This document shows, in pieces, positions 31,418-41,375 of a DNA stretch of 64,000 nt. Each line of letters starts with the position of its first letter. The stretch's first letter is position 1. Where the stretch lies: NCBI GenBank assembly GCA_963714275.1, contig CAVQNT010000005.1:127284-191283 (forward strand). The letters run 5' to 3'. The position numbers and the translations under genes are program-made. The notes beneath the pieces were generated by a model that saw only the letters and a list, made by a program, of their open reading frames with translations, was not told the origin of the DNA and did not search any database. This DNA is from Candidatus Bathyarchaeota archaeon. Lineage in GTDB: Archaea > Thermoproteota > Bathyarchaeia > Bathyarchaeales > DTEX01.

Positions 31418-31543
31418 CTATTTCTTTGTGTACTGCCGGAACTTCTTACCACAGCATTCGTAGAGCTTAACGTGGACTTTAGGGCTTAAGTCCCATTCCT
31501 TTACGGGTTTATTTACTTCTTTTCCGCATTCTGGACATTTCAT
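31418..31543 (-). CDS. Cren7-like small chromatin protein, zinc-ribbon variant (41 aa, not in the ORF track)
   Basis: MKCPECGKEVNKPVKEWDLSPKVHVKLYECCGKKFRQYTKK; P.K.W.L.P, V.+.LY and G+.FR match Cren7; GGAGG upstream. Confidence 0.68.
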   Translation of the reverse strand: MKCPECGKEVNKPVKEWDLSPKVHVKLYECCGKKFRQYTKK

Positions 31544-31600
31544 TTACATCAGACCTCCATATGGCATGAATTCTGTCTTTCATGTTCATATATTTTTGCT

Positions 31601-31958
31601 CTAGCTAGCTGAGAGAGGTCGATTATAGGCTCGAATTCGTTTGTTATAAACGTGGATACAGCATGGTGCTGACCAGAGTCAACAGCATGGAAACCGATGT
31701 TGTCCAAACACTCCTTACTTCCGGGGTTCTCAATATGCCACAAATGGCCGCCATGATCATCCACACCAGCGATAAGAATCCAAAGCTGATAGTTGTACCG
31801 CTGCATGCTCCTCTTCTATAATGACTGTTTACTTTTTTCCTCGACTGCCTAGACTCAAAAATGTTTAGCCTTGCTTGCTCTCTTGCTATTCTCTTTTGTG
31901 AATTCTGGTGTGTCCTTCTTAATTTTTCTTCGTAACCTTTAAGTATGGTTCTTTTTGA
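31601..31958 (-). pseudogene. Proteasome-subunit-like (Ntn hydrolase) internal fragment
   Basis: ILIAGVDDHGGHLWHIENPG...IGFHAVDSG; bounded by tracts at 31601-31613 and 31959-31976. Confidence 0.6.
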
Positions 31959-31989
31959 AGCTGATCTAGTGACTAATGGGTTGGGAAGA

Positions 31990-32124
31990 TTGTCAGATGA
32001 TGAAGAGAGTTCTCCTGGTTATGCTTACTTAGATTTGCTGGTTACTGCTCTCACAGAGCATGAGAAGAACTTGAATGAGCTCATCGAGAGGTTGGACAGG
32101 GTTACTGAGAAATTGCTGAGCTAA
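31990..32124 (+). CDS. Short hypothetical protein or fragment
   Basis: MSDDEESSPGYAYLDLLVTALTEHEKNLNELIERLDRVTEKLLS*; stop inside tract 32116-32129. Confidence 0.45.
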   Translation: MSDDEESSPGYAYLDLLVTALTEHEKNLNELIERLDRVTEKLLS

Positions 32125-32365
32125 TCACTGCTGAATCAACAGAACCAACAGAACCAAGCGTAGAGAAAGAGACTAGTTCAGATGAAGAAAACGAAGAAAC
32201 TCTTATACGAACAGCTCGAGACATACTGCAAGGTGAGTGATTAATTAACCTGTAGCTTAATTGCTATTAAAAGAATTTTTTATAACACGATCATTAAAAG
32301 GTAGTCGTTCTTGGGACTCAGTTGGTATTTGCGTTCTGACAGGCCGTTAGAATATTTCTGGGAAG

Positions 32366-33102
32366 TTACGTAAAATATTTCCGTAGATTCAGGATTTGCT
32401 TGATCTGTTCATCGATTTTGGAGATTTCATCTTGGCTTTCTAGTATGATCTTTTGTAGCTTCTCTTTATTCCGGTCAAGTTTGGGGATCATGTTGCCTAA
32501 TTCCCCAACTTTGGCTTGTTTATCAAGTATTTCCTTTTCCAGTAGTTCCTTTTCTTCTTGTTTACTCTTGATGCCTTTTGTGAAGTCTTCCTTTTTCTCT
32601 TGTAGCTTGAGTATAAGATCGCTGATTTCTGTCAGTTTCTGTTGTTTATCGTTAACGTCCTTTACCAATTGTTCCTTTCTCTCGTTGAGCTTCAGAGCAA
32701 GTCCCGATACCGTCTCTACCTTTGTCCTGAGGTCTTCCTTGATTTTTTCATACTCTTTCAGTTCAGTCGACAGCTGTTTTAAGGTTTCAAGCAGATCTGT
32801 TTCTTCAAGTGCAGCCTTTAGCTCTTGCTTCTTAGCAGTAATATCTTCGCTTTGCTCTAACTTCTTTATGTTTTCAGAAGTATCTGATTGTATTTCTTTT
32901 TTATCTGGTTCGGGGACCGGGGTCTTTTGACGGTTGCCTTCGGCGAAAGCATCCTGTTCTATCTCAATCTTAACCTTTTCTACATCCGTCAGCTCAGGCT
33001 TTTCCTTCAAATACTGTAAAAAATCCTCGGCTGCACTGTCAACTTCGTCTTCTTTGAGCTTTTCTTTTTTTGGCTTCTTTTTGAATATTCGCGTGTTCTC
33101 AT
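32366..33102 (-). CDS. Long coiled-coil protein downstream of ftsZ (N-terminus frameshifted)
   Basis: Continuous K/E/L heptads over ~150 aa. Confidence 0.65.
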
Positions 33103-33169
33103 CTCAGCTGATTCATGCTTGTCTCCAATCAGGTAGCTGAGCTCCTAAAGCCTGATTTTCCCTTTATTA

Positions 33170-33498
33170 TTAGCTGCTAAATAGCTGACTTGCATAGCTA
33201 AGCTCTTTGATCTGAATTTCGGTTTTTTCACTACTGGCTGATGGTCTTTTAGCCACGGTTCCCACGCTGAATGTGAAGCCGCAGTTGTCGCATCCGATTG
33301 TGTAGCGGCCCGCTTGCTTTAGTCTTCTAGAGCGGCACTTCGGACAGCTGACTTAGTTGTTAGCTCTTCGACTGACTCTTCTGTGGCAAAAAACAATGTT
33401 GGGGATTTGAAGGCTTTCATGGCAATATATAGGATTATCACTACAGCAACGGCAGCGAATATTAGTATCGCATAGGTTATAGGGTCGTTGATTTTACC
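33170..33498 (-). CDS. Membrane-anchored zinc-ribbon protein (frameshifted, start uncertain, not in the ORF track)
   Basis: TM YAILIFAAVAVVIILYIAM, then CPKC...CDNCGFTF in the shifted frame; AGGAG upstream. Confidence 0.55.
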
Positions 33499-33525
33499 TG
33501 TCTCCTAAACGCTTTACCATTTCAT

Positions 33526-34608
33526 TTATTCGCTGAAAAGATTCCCCCAGAATCCTTTCTTAGGCGGTGCCTCTTTCTTGACCATTTCGACTTGCTGTCC
33601 CTCTCCCAAAGGAGCCCCTAAACCGACGGGTGAAACGCCTTCTTTGAGGAATGGGCTTTCGACGCCTGCTAAGACCACTGTTGCACGCATGCTGCCTTGC
33701 CTTGAGCTGTTAACTCTAGCGCCCCATGACACTTTTGCAGTCGGAGAGATCCTGCTTACCAAGATTTCTCCAGCTCTGTTGACGTCTTCTAGGGTCATGT
33801 CGTCACCGCCTTCAATGTGGACCAGTGCACCCTCAACTTTCTTGATGTCACCTATGTCAAGGAGTTGTAGCTCCAGTGCCCTTTCTACGGAGTCTTCGAC
33901 CATAGTGTCTCCTTGACCCTCACCAACACCCATGGCACATACGCCGCTTCCCATCATAATCGCTTTCAAGTCAGCAAAGTCGAGGTTTACGAGGCTTGGC
34001 ATGGAGATGGCTTCAGAAATGTTCTTAATGAAGGTTGCAATCAGTTCGTTGGCAACAGCGAAAGCTTCTGAAAGTGGCAGGTTACCAGCGACTTTTCTGA
34101 GCCTGTTATTGTCAATCACGATTGTTGCATCGCATACCTCAACCAGTCTCTTCAAACCTTCCTGTGCCTTCACAAACCTTGATCTTTCAACTGTAAATGG
34201 CGTAGTGACCACTGATATCGTCAGAGCACCCATTTCCTTGGCTAATTTAGCAATTACTGGGGATGCGCCTGTTCCGGTTCCACCGCCAAGACCAGCTGTC
34301 ACGAAGACTAGTCCAACGCCGGATAATAGTTTCTCGATCTCTTCTACGCTTTCTTCAGCAGCTTTAGTGCCTTGCTCTGCGAAGCCTCCGCATCCGAGGC
34401 CGCCTGTGACTTTGTACCCTATGAGTATTCTTTGGTCAGCCTTTGTTATGCTTAGGTGTTGTGCGTCAGTGTTCAATCCGTAGATCCTTGCGCCTGCGAC
34501 TCCTTTGCCTTTCATCCACGTTACGACGTTGCATCCAGCTCCGCCAACTCCTATTGCGGCTATCTGTGGGATAGATTCTCTAGCTATCTCTTCAATATTT
34601 TGCTCCAT
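33526..34608 (-). CDS. ftsZ: Cell division protein FtsZ
   Basis: GVGGAGCN, NTDAQHL, GGGTGTG, T7 loop NLDFADL. Confidence 0.95.
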   Translation of the reverse strand: MEQNIEEIARESIPQIAAIGVGGAGCNVVTWMKGKGVAGARIYGLNTDAQHLSITKADQRILIGYKVTGGLGCGGFAEQGTKAAEESVEEIEKLLSGVGLVFVTAGLGGGTGTGASPVIAKLAKEMGALTISVVTTPFTVERSRFVKAQEGLKRLVEVCDATIVIDNNRLRKVAGNLPLSEAFAVANELIATFIKNISEAISMPSLVNLDFADLKAIMMGSGVCAMGVGEGQGDTMVEDSVERALELQLLDIGDIKKVEGALVHIEGGDDMTLEDVNRAGEILVSRISPTAKVSWGARVNSSRQGSMRATVVLAGVESPFLKEGVSPVGLGAPLGEGQQVEMVKKEAPPKKGFWGNLFSE

Positions 34609-34867
34609 ATTTTTTTTCTCCTTTTTTGTTAATTTTCTATATTCTGTAAGCTCAATTTTTAATTATACAACCGTGGATATAAAGCTTTCCAAAAGTAAAC
34701 CCAGATGACTATATTAGTAAGCTATACTAAGATACTGAAGTACTCGTACATATTATAAGAATATACTCCAAAAAGTCACCTAGAGGTAACAAAAGTATCA
34801 ATTAAAAGTGAATTTAGCAATAACTTTTATATACTAAAAAGGTTAAATCTTCGCTGAGGAATTTGCC

Positions 34868-35062
34868 TTGGCCAAACAAGGACAAGAGACGAAAGATTAC
34901 GAAGAGATCGTCGTGAAGCTTGCCATATCAAAAGACTACCTTAGAAAACTCGAACAACTAATCAATGTAAAAAGAATATTCTCAAGCAGGGCTGAGGCTT
35001 TAAGACGGTCATTAGAGCTTCTATTTGATAAGTACCAAGATGCTTTGAAAGATAACCAATAA
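34868..35062 (+). CDS. Ribbon-helix-helix (CopG/Arc) protein, divergent from ftsZ
   Basis: IVVKL...L..LEQLI....FSSRAEALRRSL. Confidence 0.75.
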   Translation: MAKQGQETKDYEEIVVKLAISKDYLRKLEQLINVKRIFSSRAEALRRSLELLFDKYQDALKDNQ

Positions 35063-35133
35063 AGACTATACTCTACAGCGTAACCGAATCTTCGTTCACT
35101 TACCCAACCGTTTTTATATTTTCTATTTCTGTA

Positions 35134-35556
35134 CTAGCTAGCTGACTTTTAATGATTTAGAAATATTTTTGAAATAAGTCTTTTCACCATATTGATCTAT
35201 TTCTTTTAGAGAAAAGACCCGTTTATTCTCCAATATGTGTTCCAGCTTCGCGTTTGAAACGGGTGAGATTTCTAAATGTGAGTATCCTTTAGTACACGTA
35301 TATCTCTCCCAAAGTTCAATAAATTTGGTGCCATGCCCCTTGTTCTCATTAAAACTCTGTATCAGAACTATGCAACAGTCGGTACCGTAAGCTGCGTTAC
35401 TTGTTTGCCTTCGTACTCAAGAAAATAGGTAAGAATATTATCTTGATCTGCCCATCCATTGGCTGGTCTATCACCAGCTTTCACTTTACGAAAAACATAT
35501 TTCCCATCACAAATCACGACGAACCCAGCCTAGTTTCCTTTTACATTCAGAGCGGA
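35134..35556 (-). pseudogene. GNAT acetyltransferase-like fragment
   Basis: IQSFNENKGHGTKFIELWE...KGYSHLEI motif A; bounded by tracts at 35133-35147 and 35556-35576. Confidence 0.45.
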
Positions 35557-35657
35557 GTGAGCTCAGCTAACCAGCTCTTAAATCTTGAATTCGTTGAAGA
35601 CAAAATAGGCCATTCCGTCTTCCTATGATCCCCTGTCTTCTCTGACCATCGACAATA

Positions 35658-36371
35658 TTAAATCGGGTTTAGGCTTCCGCTTCTCCCGATTCTTAGTTGA
35701 AGGTCGTTTCTGAAGCCAACCACTATACCATTTTCAATCTTGATTGTATCGTCTTTAGAAATAATGTCAATCTGCTTGTTCCATAAGCTCATTCTTATTG
35801 TTCCAGTTTCGTCGCCAATTAGAACATTTGATATGTAGGCTTCTGTACCAAACCTTGTATTAACCTTGTAGGGTTCTGAAATTTCAAGAACTTTCGCTAT
35901 TAGGTTGATCCGTTTCATTCCTGCCTTAAGATCCTTGATCGCAACCTTCTTAACCGTTATAGGAGAGATCATTCTTATGTAGCTTTCAAGTGGATTCTTT
36001 CCTTGCAGAGTTGCAACCGGTATAGAGAATTGAGCTATAACACCTTGATTGGTAGTGAAGAGGAAAATCGCTGAATCTTCAGTTTTTTGACGGCATATGA
36101 TGCTAAGCTGTCCGCATTCTGCTTTTTCCTTGCTCCAAGCTTGCATGATACAATCAAATAACTCACTTGAATCTATCTTGTACTTCAAAGCGATAATGGC
36201 AAGAGATTCAAGCGCCTTTGGATCTATGAATGATGAAGTCGCCCTGCCAGGACGCCTGCCCCTGCTACTGTGTCTCCAAAACTCTTTTCGCATTACTCGT
36301 TTCCTCTGGGGTTTTTCTTCGTGATTTCCTCTCTTTCCTCCATATCTTTGCCCCACGTCAGGTGCAAGCAT
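35658..36371 (-). CDS. OB-fold single-stranded DNA-binding protein with N-terminal extension
   Basis: IKDLKAGMKRINLIAKVLEI...GDETGTIRMSLW...LRIGRSG. Confidence 0.85.
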   Translation of the reverse strand: MLAPDVGQRYGGKRGNHEEKPQRKRVMRKEFWRHSSRGRRPGRATSSFIDPKALESLAIIALKYKIDSSELFDCIMQAWSKEKAECGQLSIICRQKTEDSAIFLFTTNQGVIAQFSIPVATLQGKNPLESYIRMISPITVKKVAIKDLKAGMKRINLIAKVLEISEPYKVNTRFGTEAYISNVLIGDETGTIRMSLWNKQIDIISKDDTIKIENGIVVGFRNDLQLRIGRSGSLNPI

Positions 36372-36524
36372 GCACTAGCTCGAGGCTCGAGAGGATTGCC
36401 GTATGTTATAATCAACCTTTCGTTCTAAATATCAAGATTGGCTTTTCGTTATGATCTCGAATAAGAGCGTAATGGTAGCCATTTAGATCAAGCGAACCTC
36501 TCTGAGCGATCTTCTTAACTAAAA

Positions 36525-36540
36525 AGCTAGCTGAGCTAGC
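36525..36540. repeat. 4-bp-periodic junction tract (AGCTAGCTGAGCTAGC)
   Basis: Supplies the stop codon of the truncated YkgJ-type ORF. Confidence 0.7.
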
Positions 36541-36733
36541 CTTCAACTCTCTCAACGAACTCTTGCAGACTCATTGTTGTCTTTCCCGCGATATGTTCTG
36601 CTTCAGTTCTCAGCAGAAGAACCATCCTAACCTTCCCCTTGGCATCTCCGCAACACATCGCACATCTATCACACGCAAAACAAACATGTTTAGGATGTGT
36701 GAACCTCATAAGTTCTTCAGGAATCTGCATCAC
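36536..36733 (-). pseudogene. YkgJ-family cysteine-cluster protein, 3'-truncated
   Basis: FACDRCAMCC present; C-terminal C.FL...C.IY..RP..C half absent. Confidence 0.7.
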
Positions 36734-36792
36734 TGGAAAAACTAGCGAGGCAGTAAATCGCCTTCAAAGCATGTTTTTCTTTTTCATCTTTA

Positions 36793-37372
36793 TCACCTTA
36801 CCAGTCCCACTAACAGGTCGTTCTGTTCTAAGAAAGCAACGAGTTTTTCTACAGCCCTGTAGACATCTTCCTCTTTTTTCGCTCCTACGCAGACTAGTTT
36901 TCCCGTATTGAATATGAGAAAGACAACTTGGGGATCTTCCATACGGTAGATGGCGCCTGGAAACTGCTCCGGCTCATACATGACTCCTTTTTTAAGCTTG
37001 TAAACAGCTGCTTCAAGATCAACTGAAACTTCACCTAGGTATACAGAAGCGACAATGTTCTGAATGGCGATATCCGGCTTGCCGGACCTCACTATTATGC
37101 CTGCCTCCTTCAGTTCTCTAGCCACCTTTAGAATGGCTTTTCTTGCTTCCTTCTCACTTTTCGTTCCAGTACAGACCATTTTTCCCGTGCTAAAGATGAG
37201 TGCGCAACTCTTAGGCTTCCTAAGTCTTGAATGCGAGGCCGGGAAAGGCTTGTGGCCTGTACTCAACGTTTGGGAAAGCCTTAACTATGGCGTTTAGGTC
37301 GAAGCGTTGGTTAAACCTTGCGGTGGCAACCACGTTCTGAATTGTGACTTTAGGAGAGCTGGAAGTTTTCAC
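36793..37372 (-). CDS. tbp: TATA-box binding protein (frameshifted near 37230)
   Basis: IQNVVAT...EYRPQAFPGL, LIFSTGKMVCTG, IQNIVAS, YEPEQFPG, LIFNTGKLVCVGAK. Confidence 0.92.
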
Positions 37373-37566
37373 TTTACATTCACTTTTTCTCCGTCAATAA
37401 CGATGAGTCCGAAGCGTTCCATCATCCTCAACTTCTCATCAATCATTCTCCTAGACTCTGCGTCGTCACCTAAGGCTTTGTAAATCTCGTTCTTCGAAGC
37501 TGACCCGTCGTGCTCCCTAAGAAACTTGTGAATTGCATGCTCATAAATTTCAGGCATGATTATCAC
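37369..37566 (-). CDS. Small winged-helix protein overlapping the tbp start
   Basis: AIHKFLREHDGSASKNEIY...LRMMERFGLI. Confidence 0.6.
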   Translation of the reverse strand: MIIMPEIYEHAIHKFLREHDGSASKNEIYKALGDDAESRRMIDEKLRMMERFGLIVIDGEKVNVK

Positions 37567-37900
37567 AGATAAACTTATTGCGTCATCAACAATAACTGTT
37601 TCTGTTCACCCTAAGAAATTTCTACATCACGAAAATACCGGCGGTTTATCCCGATGTATACACAGTGGATAACGACAAGGCGAAAGTTAGCTGCTTAGTC
37701 AAGGTCATAAAGGAGAAGACTGCCTGTTATGAGGCGAGGTTGGATAAGGCGCAGAAAATATTAGATGTTTTATCGTAATATACAGATAGAGGTGAACGAA
37801 GAATGGTTGTTGACATTAACCGAAAGAAAATAGCTAAAACAAATGATAGAAGTGAAGAAATAAGATGATGACCAATACAACTTTCTTCGCGAGCGATCCT

Positions 37901-38669
37901 TCAAAAACGGTTAGTATATCTACATTTCTTGAACCATTTATCCAAGGTCATCGTCATCTCTTGCACGGGCATATCCAGCTTTCCGTCGGTTATGACTGGC
38001 GGCTGTTGACCGTACTTGCGCGCCATTTTATCAACATATAATAGCTTAGCCAGAGCGGGGGTGTCATTGTACCGTTTCTGCCACTCTGAGTTAGGTGTGA
38101 GCCACACAGCAAAAGTTTCAGCAAAATCATCATCAGGATGCTTCTGTGCGTACCATCCTGGGAAATGGTGGACAAACCTTGCGCTGAAAGGAACTGGCTT
38201 ATAATCATCTTTGTATGGTTGCGAAAATCGCCCGAAGAGTTGGCGCCATTCTGGCTTTCTATAAAGGCGGTATGCATAGTTAAATGCGTGCCCTGCCTCG
38301 TGACGGAGATACATCATCACTTTCTACATCGTCTTCAACCTCGATATCAGTCAATTGGCTTAGGAGACTACACAGTTTCGGGTCTGCCAGGTAGAAGGGA
38401 ATGCCAATCACAGGAACTCTGTTAGGGCAGCCCCACCCATCAGTCAGGTAAGTCTTAGGCTTGAAGGAGATGCCGGCTCTTTCCAACTCTTGATAGAGCT
38501 GAACAATAAACGCTTCAAGACGTGTACCCTTAATCGTGAGTGATAGCTCACTAATCTTCCGTGACAGCAGTTCTCGCTGCTCTCTATTCATGATCTTTTC
38601 ATTAGCTTTTTCTCGGAATTCCGATGCACTCATACTGTTTTCACTGTTGTCAGAATGTATACAGTTCAA
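37901..38669 (-). CDS. Putative zinc-binding metallopeptidase (frameshifted)
   Basis: IGIPFYLA, YLRHEAGHA, WYAQKHPDDDFAETFAVWL. Confidence 0.75.
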
Positions 38670-38956
38670 TGATTAGGTGATACTTGGGTATTATTTCTCC
38701 ACTTTCCTAATATATTGACTCTAGTTTCACTTTCCCCCGAAAGAATTTTTTATAAACCTATTGAAGTGCCTTTAATTATCTTTCATTAAAAAAGCTAAAA
38801 GGCTACTAGAGATTTCGATCCCAAAGGATTCCCAGCGAGCTCAGCACTCTAAAAGCGAATTTCTCTCTTTCTGGCAATAGACTTGAACCCTTTTTGGGTA
38901 TAAATCCTACCAACTCTACCACATTCGTAAAAATAATCTATATGGCTTAGTCTAGC

Positions 38957-39610
38957 TCAGCTAACTACCCTCGAGATCGCATAACCCAATCCTATCCTGA
39001 ACCTAACTGAGAGAGGAGAAATCCTACCCGCGTAACCTACTTTGCCAGCCTTGAGAGCCGCAAGAACCTCATCAACGTCTGGATCGTCCAACTCAACCGT
39101 TGTGTACGCGTTACCAACAGCCTGAGCATAATGAGCATCACTCCCACCAACCCCGGGAAGACCAAGCCTCTCAGCGACACCCAACCCCCTCTTCAAGAAA
39201 AAGAACGAAAACGGATACGACGCATTAAAAACCTCAACAAAGTCAGGCCTACAATGCATCCACCTGTCAAGGTGAAGCCGGTTAGCTGCTGGATGCGCAA
39301 GAACAGACAACCCACCAAGCCTCCTAGCCCACTCAACAAGACCTTCATATCTGAAGTGATAAGACGGTAACCGCTCCAAACCCAAAACAAGCACATGACC
39401 AGCATCAGTCTCAACCTCAAACCCCGGCAAGACAAGCAGCCCGCTTCTGCATGCTTTGGCAATGTAATATCCCTCAAGCGTATCATGATCTGTTATTGCC
39501 AATCCGTCTAAGCCCTTCTGTGCAGCCGTCTCAAGAATCTTCTCCACAGTCCCATGACCGTCAGAATATTCAGTATGAACGTGCAAGTCTATCCTGAGAC
39601 CCAACACCAA
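38957..39610 (-). CDS. PHP-domain phosphoesterase
   Basis: DLHVHT.YSDG, AITDHD, AHP, GGSDAH. Confidence 0.9.
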   Translation of the reverse strand: MVLGLRIDLHVHTEYSDGHGTVEKILETAAQKGLDGLAITDHDTLEGYYIAKACRSGLLVLPGFEVETDAGHVLVLGLERLPSYHFRYEGLVEWARRLGGLSVLAHPAANRLHLDRWMHCRPDFVEVFNASYPFSFFFLKRGLGVAERLGLPGVGGSDAHYAQAVGNAYTTVELDDPDVDEVLAALKAGKVGYAGRISPLSVRFRIGLGYAISRVVS

Positions 39611-39757
39611 ACCCTTCCAGACTGCATAATCAGGACTTGAATATTGGGCTAACCGTATTATTTAGCATAACTCATCAATCGAGCCAGCTCAGCTAGAGAG
39701 ATCACTTCAATGAAACAGGCAACCAATCAGGATTAATCCCGCATCTCAGATCGCTTG

Positions 39758-39823
39758 GTCAAACAGTCAGCACCCACAATAGAAAGAGCTGACGACCAGA
39801 CGATCCCAGCTGAAAGCATATTT
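39758..39823 (-). repeat. Dispersed ~65-bp hairpin-forming repeat, copy A
   Basis: Reverse complement shares 26-nt and 16-nt identical blocks with 60557-60620, and ~40 nt with 63957-63998. Confidence 0.85.
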
Positions 39824-39894
39824 AGTCTTTAAATTGGAATATATTACAAGAAGAAGCAGTTATGAAGACCACGTAAAAACCATTAGCTGACTTG

Positions 39895-40650
39895 CTATTT
39901 AGCCTGTTTAGTTATTTCTTTCCCTATAAGTTCAAGTTCCTCAAAAGAAAATTGCTTACCTGAGTAGTTCTTAAGATAATTAAGCAATTCATACAAGGTC
40001 AATACTTCAACAGATTCTGGAAGCTCATTTCTATATAACTCTGCGTACTTATTGGGGAAAACTACTATTCCTTGAACCCATACACGTTTTGATTTTAACG
40101 GTTCTAATAATTCAACAACTTTTTTTACTCTAAAAGCATTGTTTCTTACTTGGGCACTTGGACTGCCTAAAGTGAAGTTAAATTCTCTTTCAGTACTGCC
40201 TTTATTTTTTCCCCTGTATTGTATTAGCCATTCATCTCCATAACAGGTTATTTTGCCTCTGTGGTTTTTTGTTTCAATTACAAATATTCCTTTTGGAGAT
40301 AGAACAATATGGTCTATATTTCCACGGTAATAAGGTGGCAGGGTAACATCGTTAATTAAATAATATTCATCCGATAAGGTGGATATCAGACTTTCCGAAA
40401 CGTGTTTTTCTCCTTCATAGCCCTGTTTGAACGTGTTATATTGTCGCCAAAAAAGTATTCCTATTATAAAAGGCAAAAGTGAAAATGTGCCGCGAGCAGC
40501 CTCATAGTTACCTACGTCTATATATGTAGGTAGACGCGGGATTGAGGAAAATACTATTATTAATGTTCCAGTTATACCAAGTACTGCAAAAGCCAAGTTT
40601 TTTCGGGACTTATTTTTTAGGTAATTACTTGTTGGCTTAAGGACTTTCAT
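39895..40650 (-). CDS. NERD-domain nuclease-related protein with two N-terminal TM helices
   Basis: GYEGE, NDV, NIDHIV....GIFVIETKN, P.AQ. Confidence 0.88.
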   Translation of the reverse strand: MKVLKPTSNYLKNKSRKNLAFAVLGITGTLIIVFSSIPRLPTYIDVGNYEAARGTFSLLPFIIGILFWRQYNTFKQGYEGEKHVSESLISTLSDEYYLINDVTLPPYYRGNIDHIVLSPKGIFVIETKNHRGKITCYGDEWLIQYRGKNKGSTEREFNFTLGSPSAQVRNNAFRVKKVVELLEPLKSKRVWVQGIVVFPNKYAELYRNELPESVEVLTLYELLNYLKNYSGKQFSFEELELIGKEITKQAK

Positions 40651-40750
40651 GTAAACCCATCGATTATTTGTTTTGTGTAGCGTTATATTACTTATGCAAA
40701 AACAAAGAATAACTTGTAAATGAGCTTGTATTCACCGCTGTTTTAAACAC

Positions 40751-41134
40751 AGCTGAGCTAGCTACTGAGCGCACACTCTATTTTTTTTTGTGTGAGTCAC
40801 ACACACGCTTGTGCATGTGTGAAGGAGGTAATATATAGAGTAATAGAAAGGAGAATAAAAAGAAGAGAGAAGAAAAAGATTAAAATTTAATCCCAAACCC
40901 AAACATATTCTCTAATTTCCAATAATTCTCTCATTCTCTCTCTTATTACACATACACACAAAACTAAGTTGGATTGTTGAGTTCTGCATTGAAAGAACGT
41001 TATTGAAAACGTCAATGAACTGTGTGTGCAATATCAATGCATTCAGTTCAAAAACTAAAATTAGAAATGGGTAAATAGAGAAATAGAATAAAATGGGGAA
41101 TTATGCTAACAGTTAGAATAACTAGCTAGCTAGC
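40751..41134. other. Non-coding low-complexity island with central palindrome GATTAAAATTTAATC (40878-40892), bounded by junction tracts
   Basis: GA-rich left arm, CT-rich right arm, TG/CA runs outside; tracts at 40751-40770 and 41119-41134. Confidence 0.6.
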
Positions 41135-41375
41135 CGTTGTGTAACTGATAGCGCGAGCTAAATATAGTATAGCCCGTCTCTTGTCTTTTTAATTGTTGAA
41201 GCGTCACAAGTAAATACTGTAGCCAATCGATTTCCTGCAAGTTTAGATTGGCAGTCTCAGGTGTCATCGCCTTATCTCTAGAAACAGCTCCTGCCTTTCT
41301 AAGTTTATTAACAACTCTATAGCTTATGGAATAAACTATTCCAGTCAAATCAAAACTCAAAATAATCACTTTCAT
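41130..41375 (-). CDS. Hypothetical protein
   Basis: 81-aa ORF; stop inside CTAGCTAGCTAG. Confidence 0.4.
   Translation of the reverse strand: MKVIILSFDLTGIVYSISYRVVNKLRKAGAVSRDKAMTPETANLNLQEIDWLQYLLVTLQQLKRQETGYTIFSSRYQLHNG

Noticed and set aside
37685-37701. AGTTAGCTGCTTAGTCA as another junction tract
   Set aside because: It may lie inside a short open frame (..KVSCLVK..), so it is ambiguous and was not counted
40790-40960. CA/TG and GA runs as simple microsatellites or eukaryotic contamination
   Set aside because: The runs are short, imperfect and arranged symmetrically around a shared palindrome; flanking genes are prokaryotic
41122-41133. CTAGCTAGCTAG as an artificial six-frame-stop contig linker
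   Set aside because: The tracts vary in sequence and length, have no Ns and are too dense for a fixed linker; read support should still be checked
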